Virus record (IMG/VR): IMGVR_UViG_3300031957_001236
Direction: 5' to 3' (one strand)
Length of the DNA stretch: 64,000 nucleotides
DNA from: an uncultured virus (IMG/VR IMGVR_UViG_3300031957_001236)
Lineage: Duplodnaviria > Heunggongvirae > Uroviricota > Caudoviricetes
The position numbers and the translations under genes are program-made. Shown here one piece after another: positions 44,179 through 53,104 of the stretch (its first letter is position 1; every line of letters starts with the position of its first letter). The notes beneath the pieces were generated by a model. The model was given only the letters and a program-made list of their open reading frames with translations. It made no database searches and had not been told where the DNA came from.

Positions 44179-46599
44179 TCACAGTAAGGTTATTGTATTA
44201 GAGGTTCCTAGTCCGACAGAGGGAGCATATCCTGCTGGATATCCTATAACAGTGAATTGTACAGAAGGATAGGTGCAGTGAAGACTTGGAGCGTAATTAG
44301 CATTAGATCCACCAGAACCTACAACGCCTTGGTTTCCGTGAGAGTAACCGTCATCATAAGTTAAAAGATCATGGGTGACATGGAAGGAGGAGAAAGCATC
44401 CTTCTGCCTATCATCCGTATTGCCATTTGCTAATGTTCCATAACGCGATATATCACCAAACCCTGTTCCTGGGGATCCTGGGCCGTAATCTCTTTCGTCC
44501 TTAGCGTATCCATCAATTGAGGCGAAGCTACAATAGATTGTAAACCCGTTCTCATCTTTAGCCACATGGATTCCAGCGTATTGCTTCCATCTTGAATTGT
44601 TCACTACGCCAGTATGCCTAATGTAAGCATCATCGCTAACAGCAGGGACACAGTTCAGGTACTGTACCATAACATCAAAGTGCCCCATCCATGGAACATT
44701 AGCCTTGTTTATGTTTACTCTTTTCCTGACGAAGTAGTGCATACTTCCTGACCTACTACGAGAACCTCCATCGTCCTCGTTATACCCTACAGGTCTAGTT
44801 ACTGGATCTATAACATCTGAAAGATCAGAATCCTTAGAGAATGTTAGAGGCTTATCAGGAACGAACTGCGATAGCCAGATTCTATCATTCCGATACTCGC
44901 CAGCAGAGGACTTTGAAGAAGCCCAGTTGGATACTTCCCACTCAGGTAGCAGAGGAATGGACTGAGTGTTGTAAGGAACAAAACCATTAGACTTTAACCA
45001 CTCTAGTCGTGCTGCTGCTGAAGTTGGATTAGATAGGGCGTTATTGGTTTCATTTCCAGCGGCCATTCTAATCAAGGCACCTTCAACACCGTACTTCATT
45101 CCACCCATAACAACTCCAGTACCTACTACCCTAGGCGTTTGTTCAACAGTTGTTTGAAGGCTATCAATATAAGTTCTAACTTTTGTCAGGTTATGTCTAA
45201 GTTCTGATTTACCTACAGCAGGGTTAGCGAAAGAAAGAGGAGGGTTAGCAGCAGCAATACCAGCCCTTTCGTTGTAAGCCAACTCAGTTGTTCTAAAGAA
45301 AGGTCTTATATCAATAATGTCATTATTGGTTATCTTGGTAGCACCTTTTCTAACTACAACATAAGCAATAGGAAGAACAGTTTGACCGACCAGTGCTAGG
45401 TTTGTTGATTCTAGATCCTCTTGAAGAAGAGGAGCCAAGTTCATTAAATCGTCAGGAGAAGGGAAGTTTCCAAACACATTCTCCATACCAACTGTTTGCT
45501 GATTCTGATCAACGATAGGTGATATGATTTGAGCATTACCCTCAGCATCATAAGGATCGTCTACCTTAAAGTAGTTGTTAGGGTTGGTGGCGTTGGTGCT
45601 ATAAGCATTGGTTCCTAGGAAACCTGTGCCGTCTGCTGCCATGTCAATCCCGTCGAAGTTTGGACCTGAGCCTTTAAGACCTATAGCTCCTGCGCCTTTA
45701 ACTAAACCTAACCTTGGTGAGGTTATAGTGGTGGGTGCGTTTCCTGAAGGCTTTGCTATTGTCGTAGACTGAGCATCTACAGGATGAGAGTATACGAATA
45801 GAAGATCTATTCTAGTGTTAGGTATAAAGGTAGACTGGTTAGCGTAGTCATCGTCCTCGAACTGAGGAACTGAAATTGATAGAGTGTTCGATACATTTAC
45901 AATGGATGTTCTAGCAGTGCCACCCCATCTTCTAGTAAAATCAACTGATAGCTGCTGGAGATCTACCTTAACTGGGTCGTAGTTCTTTGAAGTATTTTTC
46001 TGTTTCCATAGCGCCATCTTGTTCTTGGGAAGGTTATAAACACCCGCCTGGACATTCTGAACAAATGACCCAGAATCCACTGTCCACTCTAATGAAAGAC
46101 CTAGCTGACCAGCGGTTTTGTGATGCTGAACATGGTCGTAAAGACCGTTGTTAGCTATCAGGTTAGCGATTAAATCACCAGAAACTTTTCTAAGGATATC
46201 ATCACTTATGCTAATATTAATCCTACCTTGAATGTCTTGATCCATTATGGAGTAAGCACTCTTGGTAAGAGTAGCGATGCCTTTTTGATAAGCATCATTG
46301 ATCCTTGAACTATATCTTCCTGGTCTAACGGATACGCTAAATCCATCTCCAGGAGCAAAGGGTTTTAGCTCGGAGAACTCTGCCCTACCTATACCTGAAG
46401 TATCTGCCTGGGTATCTAACTGATCCTTTAGCCAAAGAATATTCTCCTCTAACTGCTTGATAGGAATGTTGTCAACTTCCCAGTAGTAAGGGTCGTTACT
46501 TTTAAAATATCGTACAGGTTGAACGAACTTATGTGCGCTCTCTTTCCATTGTTTGCTAGAGTTGGGCATCTGGCCCGATCCGAAGAATTCTTGTGACAT
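44179..46599 (-). CDS. Putative tail fibre/baseplate-associated protein
   Basis: 806 aa; N-terminal WEVDNIPIKQLEENILWLK anchor-like motif; RIDL and IIDIRPF motifs. Confidence 0.55.
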   Translation of the reverse strand: MSQEFFGSGQMPNSSKQWKESAHKFVQPVRYFKSNDPYYWEVDNIPIKQLEENILWLKDQLDTQADTSGIGRAEFSELKPFAPGDGFSVSVRPGRYSSRINDAYQKGIATLTKSAYSIMDQDIQGRINISISDDILRKVSGDLIANLIANNGLYDHVQHHKTAGQLGLSLEWTVDSGSFVQNVQAGVYNLPKNKMALWKQKNTSKNYDPVKVDLQQLSVDFTRRWGGTARTSIVNVSNTLSISVPQFEDDDYANQSTFIPNTRIDLLFVYSHPVDAQSTTIAKPSGNAPTTITSPRLGLVKGAGAIGLKGSGPNFDGIDMAADGTGFLGTNAYSTNATNPNNYFKVDDPYDAEGNAQIISPIVDQNQQTVGMENVFGNFPSPDDLMNLAPLLQEDLESTNLALVGQTVLPIAYVVVRKGATKITNNDIIDIRPFFRTTELAYNERAGIAAANPPLSFANPAVGKSELRHNLTKVRTYIDSLQTTVEQTPRVVGTGVVMGGMKYGVEGALIRMAAGNETNNALSNPTSAAARLEWLKSNGFVPYNTQSIPLLPEWEVSNWASSKSSAGEYRNDRIWLSQFVPDKPLTFSKDSDLSDVIDPVTRPVGYNEDDGGSRSRSGSMHYFVRKRVNINKANVPWMGHFDVMVQYLNCVPAVSDDAYIRHTGVVNNSRWKQYAGIHVAKDENGFTIYCSFASIDGYAKDERDYGPGSPGTGFGDISRYGTLANGNTDDRQKDAFSSFHVTHDLLTYDDGYSHGNQGVVGSGGSNANYAPSLHCTYPSVQFTVIGYPAGYAPSVGLGTSNTITLL

Positions 46600-49500
46600 C
46601 AGTTATCCCTCTTTAAATCAAATATGTTAGAAGACTTAAAGCCTCTTCCTAGGCCATCAGTAGTGGGGCTCGCAGACTCTCCCTCTGGGGAAATAGTTGC
46701 TCTGTAAATCGTTACAAGAGGAGGTCTTCCTAAGAAATTCAGAGAACAGTGTTTAGAGTTAGCAAAGGTGTTTGAAGCAGACTCATCAATAACTACTCGT
46801 CTAGCAAAACCTGAATCAACAAACCCAGAGGGGTGATAATAACCTGAGGCTGCTAATGTTGCAGAAGGATCAACCCAGCTAGAAGATAATGTATAAAGAT
46901 CTAAGTGTATACCGGAAGCAACACTATCAATAGCAGAGCAGCTTCCTGAAAGGAAGTACCCTTGTGACATTAGTTGATAAGGTCTGTTATCCTCTACATT
47001 ATTACCATCGAATGCTACAGGAGTTCCTGCTCCAAAGAACAGATCCTTGGCCGCTGAATCAACTGAGAAGTATAGCCTGAAGGGTCCTCTATTTCCTGGA
47101 TTTTGTAGTCCAAAGTAGGAATTATTCCCAGACCTCATATTATTAAGAGCCTCAAACTTTGGAGAAAATACGGCGCTGCATTGAACTCCACTTCCAAAGT
47201 AATCTAGAACTGATAGAGTGCTTACATCAGGATGACCAGCAGAAGCATCATAAGGAGCACCTTCAAACGCTTTGTAGGCTACAGCAGACGAATCAAAACC
47301 TAGTCCAAAGGCTCCGTTTTCTTTTGTGAAGGTGGAGTGAGGTCCAACATAGTTTGATAGAGCAGGATAGGTTCCACTTACACTGCAATACGCAGCATCA
47401 AGATAAGATCCAGGACCAATATTCCATATTCTAAGGTTGTAACACCCGGCATTGTTATCGAGTGCGCTAGGATCGAAGTAAGGCTTATCGGTTAAGGTAG
47501 GTCCTGGAATAAAGTGAACATTAGATACCTTGGCTCTACTTCCATTTAGAACTCTTACGCACATTCCACCAATAGAATAGTTGTTGATGAAATCGTCTTC
47601 AGACATACTGTGCCAAGTATTAGTTAAAATTCCTACATATCTACCCTCACCTATGGCGATTGGGGACTCTGGTGCAGAGTTTGTAGAATCAAACAATGTC
47701 TTTGCAGTTGGAAGGATAGCAGGATAAGTTAAAGTGTTATCGTTAGGGTTAGGTAAGAAGGTCATAGACCCTGCTGAGAAATACGAGGAAGTATTGAAAG
47801 CAAAGTTCTCAGTTCCAGTACCATAGTCAGCAGAAGATACAGAACCTTGAACCTCGTCCCTATCCCAGAAGGAGTGGTGATCACCCATATCTTCCATGAT
47901 AATGTTTGATCCGTTATTAGCTACTAAGCAAGCCCTAGTAGCATGAAGTTCAACAGCAGTGTGGTTCTGAGAGTCCTGGAGACCCCATCCGCTAACATCA
48001 ATGTTAGCTCCGTCTTGTGTCTTATGTGGCTCGAACTTAATTGTAGAGTTTGAATCGGCTAGAGCATCTACACCGAATTGTCCTATTAGAGTAGGACCAC
48101 TAAATCTACAGCTAGAGTTGTTGTTAACGGAAATACCTGCGGACTTTACCTGATTTAGAACTCCCTCAGGACCTATCAGTATAGACGCTGCGTACTTGCC
48201 TCCTCTGAATACAGCCTCAGAGTTATTGTTGGCTCTAAGTAAGCATCCGTCCACGAAACTAGATCTCTTATACGAGATTGGAGATGCTGTTCCACCAGGA
48301 GCAACAAGTCTTCCGTAAACTATCTCACACTTGGAGTTGTCTAGGTCAATGCCTGGGCAAGTATTTGATTGAGAGAAGCCTGATACATCGACTCCCATAT
48401 GGAGAGAGAATGTAGAGAAGGGTGAACTGATGTAAGCTCTCTCATGCTTCTCTGGTCTGAAGGATGAGTTAACCATCTTAAGGTGTCTTCCATTAGAGCA
48501 GAAGCCTATCTGATAGTTATGAGACAATGTTTGAGTTTCGTTTAAGGAAACCAAAGACTCCCTACCACCAACAGTATTGTATACAACATTGGAGTTAAGA
48601 AGATCCATTCCGAAGTCTTGGTTAAGCTCAACCCACATGTTGTCTAGTCTAAGCGTAGACCCAAACCCTTTAAGTCCGGTCTTATTGCCGTACAGAGATA
48701 AGTATCCTTTAAGGTCTATTGTTGAGTTGCGAGCATCAATTCCAGTAAGGTTATAAGAAGAGTTGATGATGGTGTAATCAGGATCGTCGTTTCTAGATTG
48801 ACCGCCAGTTAAAACGGAGTTATCCAGAAGAATACCCGTATCGTGATTCTGTATGTTGAAGAAATAGTTAAGACCTGAGACATATGTGTCAGTCTTGATT
48901 ACTATTTCACTATTAACGGCCTTAAGACCATAGGTCTTTCTGCTATGTCTGGTCGTGGTGGTAAGAGGCTCATAGTTTCTACTAGAACCAAAACCTCTTC
49001 TCAAGTATACCTTTGAATTTTCTATAAGGCATCCTACTTCTTTAGATCTCATGGACCCGCAGTGCTCCAAGGTCACATTTTCACAGTTAGAAACCTTGAT
49101 TCCAACTGTGCCGCTCATTGAAGACTCACTATCATCGTAAGTATAAGGTTCGGAGTAGGAATCCCCTGCGGGGTCAGTGATGAATCCTCTAATAAAAATT
49201 GGCCCATCACAGTTTGATATGTTAATGTGCCTTAAATAGTTTGAGGTAAAGAATCCGTGTATAGGATTATTAGAATTGTTAGGTACAACAGTTCTTCTTA
49301 TAAATGTACCGTCAGTCTCAGCAAAGGTAGAGGCATCTAAGGTTTCCCATGTCCCTTCCGATCCTATCCCAGATCTTGCGGCTATAGGATAGAAAGCTTC
49401 TAAAGTGTTTAGTTTGTCATGTATACCATCAGTCATCCTGTCTGGTCTATAAGAAGCCGAGTTGCCGTCATACGCTACCTGACAAAAAACCCTGGCGGGG

Positions 49501-50075
49501 TACTTTCCTGAAATGGATGCTTGGTTGAATTGATCCCCAATATTAGCTGATGCTAATAAACAAGAAGTATCTTGTTGAGTTAGATACATGTCTGTGGAGG
49601 ATACTGCTACAACGGTATCTTTTAGAACTGTTCTAGAATAAGAACTTGCGCTATAAGCTGTAAGCTTTAATCTGTTTATAATTTCAAGCTTTCCGTCACC
49701 TTCGCACTTAATATTATCAAGATCTAGTCCGCCTGCGTCCCCTGAAACACAAACCTCAATAAGGGTGGGCATTCTAATAATTTCAGGAAGTGCCTTGATA
49801 GCAGATGAAAGATCAGTAAAGAAGTTACAACTAACATCTAAATGCGTAGGGATTGAGGAAGATACGGCCAGAACCATACCAGGAAGGGAAGATGTGGGCC
49901 ACCCAAGCTTCTCCCATAAGTAATCGGTGCGCTCCTCTAAATCATATAATGGAAGGTTATCCTGCTCCCAGTTATAGAAAGAGCTAGTGTCGTGCTTGGT
50001 TACGAATGGGTTCCAGTAGTCGCTTAGTAGGACCCCTGAACTTACCGTATATAAATCTTCTGAGTTGAATGCCAT
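46599..50075 (-). CDS. Putative tail spike with beta-helix (pectin-lyase-like) body
   Basis: N-terminal WEQDNLPLYDLEERTDYLW; repeated GI-x-x-x-NS rungs; start probably 50075. Confidence 0.65.
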   Translation of the reverse strand: MAFNSEDLYTVSSGVLLSDYWNPFVTKHDTSSFYNWEQDNLPLYDLEERTDYLWEKLGWPTSSLPGMVLAVSSSIPTHLDVSCNFFTDLSSAIKALPEIIRMPTLIEVCVSGDAGGLDLDNIKCEGDGKLEIINRLKLTAYSASSYSRTVLKDTVVAVSSTDMYLTQQDTSCLLASANIGDQFNQASISGKYPARVFCQVAYDGNSASYRPDRMTDGIHDKLNTLEAFYPIAARSGIGSEGTWETLDASTFAETDGTFIRRTVVPNNSNNPIHGFFTSNYLRHINISNCDGPIFIRGFITDPAGDSYSEPYTYDDSESSMSGTVGIKVSNCENVTLEHCGSMRSKEVGCLIENSKVYLRRGFGSSRNYEPLTTTTRHSRKTYGLKAVNSEIVIKTDTYVSGLNYFFNIQNHDTGILLDNSVLTGGQSRNDDPDYTIINSSYNLTGIDARNSTIDLKGYLSLYGNKTGLKGFGSTLRLDNMWVELNQDFGMDLLNSNVVYNTVGGRESLVSLNETQTLSHNYQIGFCSNGRHLKMVNSSFRPEKHERAYISSPFSTFSLHMGVDVSGFSQSNTCPGIDLDNSKCEIVYGRLVAPGGTASPISYKRSSFVDGCLLRANNNSEAVFRGGKYAASILIGPEGVLNQVKSAGISVNNNSSCRFSGPTLIGQFGVDALADSNSTIKFEPHKTQDGANIDVSGWGLQDSQNHTAVELHATRACLVANNGSNIIMEDMGDHHSFWDRDEVQGSVSSADYGTGTENFAFNTSSYFSAGSMTFLPNPNDNTLTYPAILPTAKTLFDSTNSAPESPIAIGEGRYVGILTNTWHSMSEDDFINNYSIGGMCVRVLNGSRAKVSNVHFIPGPTLTDKPYFDPSALDNNAGCYNLRIWNIGPGSYLDAAYCSVSGTYPALSNYVGPHSTFTKENGAFGLGFDSSAVAYKAFEGAPYDASAGHPDVSTLSVLDYFGSGVQCSAVFSPKFEALNNMRSGNNSYFGLQNPGNRGPFRLYFSVDSAAKDLFFGAGTPVAFDGNNVEDNRPYQLMSQGYFLSGSCSAIDSVASGIHLDLYTLSSSWVDPSATLAASGYYHPSGFVDSGFARRVVIDESASNTFANSKHCSLNFLGRPPLVTIYRATISPEGESASPTTDGLGRGFKSSNIFDLKRDN

Positions 50076-50076
50076 T

Positions 50077-50658
50077 TTAGAATTGTATTGTCCAAACAAA
50101 TATTAACGAGAAGGATCTCGTTTTTCTTATACCTGGGAAAGGTCTGTAAGCAACTAGAATCGGTGAGTGAGGATCAAGACCTCTAGGGTTTCTCATGAAG
50201 AGACCTATCTCATCAATATCTTCGTCAACATTTAATGTGTTAGGGTCCAAGACTAAAGTAAATCTTACCGTAGTTGGAGTTACTTTATGTATATTACTAA
50301 ACTTTATTCTTGGGAAGTCTTTTGCGGTCCCTAATGATCCATTTTCTATAGCATTGAATTGCTCTATATTCAAACCCGCATTAGGACCGTAAGCATCCTG
50401 AGAAAATTGGTCGTTTAGCTTGAAAGAGGATGCTCCGTAGTTAGTAATATCTCCACCAGAGCCACAAGCAAAGTTTAGAATCTGATAGCCTAGGATGGAT
50501 TGGCTACCTGAAGCTGAGAACAAATGTGATAACGCAACGCCCATACCTGATGTAATGACATTGTTCTCCTCCCACACCAACTCCTTGGTGTGATCATCAT
50601 CGTAGATCTTCCAGATCTCTACATGCCCCTTAGGCTTAAGCTCTTTGGTAACGCTCAT
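50077..50658 (-). CDS. Baseplate/fibre-anchor protein (paralogue 1)
   Basis: KGHVEI...NVITSGMG...EIGLF...LVAYRPF..IRK...WTIQF. Confidence 0.6.
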   Translation of the reverse strand: MSVTKELKPKGHVEIWKIYDDDHTKELVWEENNVITSGMGVALSHLFSASGSQSILGYQILNFACGSGGDITNYGASSFKLNDQFSQDAYGPNAGLNIEQFNAIENGSLGTAKDFPRIKFSNIHKVTPTTVRFTLVLDPNTLNVDEDIDEIGLFMRNPRGLDPHSPILVAYRPFPGIRKTRSFSLIFVWTIQF

Positions 50659-50711
50659 GGCTATACTTAATTATATACTTCTTGTGAATGCTGAAAGCGA
50701 GTTTGCTAACC

Positions 50712-51368
50712 TCATTGAAAATCTATGGACCAATCTACATCTATGGAGAACTGATCCGTCTTGGTAATTGAATGCTGTAGTATCTTGTAGGCGGATAGGA
50801 CAGGTCTATCGTCTGATCTAAACTTTCTAGGATTTCTTATGAAAAGACCGAACTCCTTAAGATCCTTTCCTATAGCAGCACCCTCATCTATGTTAAGTTT
50901 TATATGCATTGCATCCTCCACAAATCTAGTAGTTGAGGACCTTTCTAGGAATGCAACTGGCTGTTCTTTATAGACATAGGAAAGTTCGTCTGGAGCCAAG
51001 AACTGTTCTTCTACCGCTATTATCTTCTTGTTATCTACATGAACAGTAGTATCAGTCCCGTACTCAGAATAAGTTAAAGGCGCTGAAAGCTCATAAAAGT
51101 TATTCTCTACACCCTCTGGTAGCAAACCTTCCCATCCGTCGAACTGCTCATCTGTGAGTGGGGCAGTATCCACATAAGATTCTGTTCCCATTTGAAAGTA
51201 TGCGAATTGGAAGTCTCCTACATTACCATCAAACAGTTCTGAGTTGGTTGTGAAAAGGTTAACCAGTGCTATCCCCAGCCCATCTGTAATTATGTTACAC
51301 TCTTCAGAGCAGACTTGCTCTCTGACCCCGTTCTTATAAACTTTTGTTATTGTTACTCTACCTTTCAT
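50712..51368 (-). CDS. Baseplate/fibre-anchor protein (paralogue 2)
   Basis: KGRVTI...NIITDGLG...EFGLF...LSAYK...ITK...WSIDF. Confidence 0.6.
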   Translation of the reverse strand: MKGRVTITKVYKNGVREQVCSEECNIITDGLGIALVNLFTTNSELFDGNVGDFQFAYFQMGTESYVDTAPLTDEQFDGWEGLLPEGVENNFYELSAPLTYSEYGTDTTVHVDNKKIIAVEEQFLAPDELSYVYKEQPVAFLERSSTTRFVEDAMHIKLNIDEGAAIGKDLKEFGLFIRNPRKFRSDDRPVLSAYKILQHSITKTDQFSIDVDWSIDFQ

Positions 51369-53104
51369 AGGAATTTAAGCCTCCATATAACTTTCACATC
51401 TCCGTGATGGTTAAGACCTTGATCGGATCCAGAATCCCTAGAAACCACAATGTTGTCATTAAAGGTTTTCCTAGCCATAAGCTTCATTTTAAAAGGGTCA
51501 CCAGAATCTACATCTTTATTGTAGGGAGGTTGTATCTTCAGTTCGTTTAGTGTTTTTTGTAGGTCTAGAGTGAATAAGCCTGCCTCAAATATACCTCCGT
51601 AGAAGTTAGAAACTATCGCATCAGGCTGTGGTATGATCGTTATGCAAGATAACTCTCCAACGGATGAGAAGTCTGAATTGGCTGATACTATAAGCCTACC
51701 TGATGCGTCAGCAGTGTCACCTAAAGTAGGGTAGTAGGCTCTTATAAACCCGTCCTTATCCATAGTTCTTAGCTCTGCATAAGACCCACTAACGCCAACC
51801 GCAGATGCCGTTAGAGAACTGAAATCACCGCCCTCAACAGAGGCTACAGTAATACCGCTTGTTGGTGCATAACATCCTACATGGTAACTTAAATTGTCCG
51901 AAGTTATAGAGGATGCCCCAGCACCTACATCCCAACCTACCAAGTAACTACTTACATAAATATCATCAAAAGAGTTGAAGTTCTTATTATGATACCCGTC
52001 TATAACCAAATCGGATATAGTTTCAACCGAGTATATTGCGTTAGGCTCAAGCTCAGTGTTTACAGGGTTTGGCATCTCAGGAGCATTAGCTACAGCATTG
52101 TACGCTGAGGTATCCGTGTAAAGAGTTCCTACAGAGTTACTTCCTAGCATTATTCCTGATAATGATACAGGGGCTGAATATTCGGAATAGTCTCCTACAT
52201 TAGATTCAGCCAAGGTTGGAACATAATCAGTTGGGAAGTTGCTCATCACGGCCATGGGTCTTGAAACATAAATGCTACCTAGAGAATCTCTAACATCTGG
52301 ATTTGCAAACCCTAGTCCTGTGGCATCAAAAGGAAGTGATGGATATATCCTAACCCTATACACGGACCCAGACCCTGTTTCGGATCTAGGAACAACGCAA
52401 GCTCTGTACCACCCATTACCTAGATTCTTCAGGAACCCCGTTGAGAACTGTGAATTAGTCGTAGTATCTCTGCTGACATCTAGTAGCTCACCATTCCCAC
52501 TAGAATCCCATTTAATTACAAGGTAGGTGTCAGTCCCGTTCTGGTCTATGCCAATCGTACTGTACCTATTTCCATCAACCTTGTCTGGAGGTAGCTCTGG
52601 TCTATACTTTAGATCTAAGGAGAAAGATATCTTATCATCTATTCCATCAGTCTGCTTTCCATTAAAGTAAGTGTCCTGGCATAAGGACTTACCTTCTTTG
52701 TCAGTTGATATAGAGCTTGCTGTTAACAGGAAAACATTACTGGTAGTGTCTGGGGCAGTTACTCCTGATACGGCACTTACGCTTAGATTAAAGCTCTCCC
52801 ATGCTGCGTTCGTTAAATCTTCTGAATAGTCTACAGCATTTAGATTATAAAACTTGTGCTTATTCTCAAGGTAACCCAAGGTTCCTTTTCCAAAAGCTAA
52901 CCCCTGTATCGTATAGTTAGAAGCATCCAACCTAGATTGATTATCTCCTGTAGACCCACGAACACCCTCAGCAACTATAGAGGAAGGTGTTGTTAGAAGT
53001 GAAACCATAGTCTCACCAAACCCATCCATGATAAGGTTGTCCTCTTTTAGAATAGTTTTAGCGATGCCATTAACTACCGATATGATCTCTACTTCGCCCT
53101 TCAT
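51365..53104 (-). CDS. Baseplate/fibre-anchor protein (paralogue 3) with inserted beta-sandwich module
   Basis: KGEVEI...NLIMDGFG...EAGLF...LMARKTF...WRLKF; insert YSEDLTNAAW...LGNGWYR. Confidence 0.6.
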   Translation of the reverse strand: MKGEVEIISVVNGIAKTILKEDNLIMDGFGETMVSLLTTPSSIVAEGVRGSTGDNQSRLDASNYTIQGLAFGKGTLGYLENKHKFYNLNAVDYSEDLTNAAWESFNLSVSAVSGVTAPDTTSNVFLLTASSISTDKEGKSLCQDTYFNGKQTDGIDDKISFSLDLKYRPELPPDKVDGNRYSTIGIDQNGTDTYLVIKWDSSGNGELLDVSRDTTTNSQFSTGFLKNLGNGWYRACVVPRSETGSGSVYRVRIYPSLPFDATGLGFANPDVRDSLGSIYVSRPMAVMSNFPTDYVPTLAESNVGDYSEYSAPVSLSGIMLGSNSVGTLYTDTSAYNAVANAPEMPNPVNTELEPNAIYSVETISDLVIDGYHNKNFNSFDDIYVSSYLVGWDVGAGASSITSDNLSYHVGCYAPTSGITVASVEGGDFSSLTASAVGVSGSYAELRTMDKDGFIRAYYPTLGDTADASGRLIVSANSDFSSVGELSCITIIPQPDAIVSNFYGGIFEAGLFTLDLQKTLNELKIQPPYNKDVDSGDPFKMKLMARKTFNDNIVVSRDSGSDQGLNHHGDVKVIWRLKFL

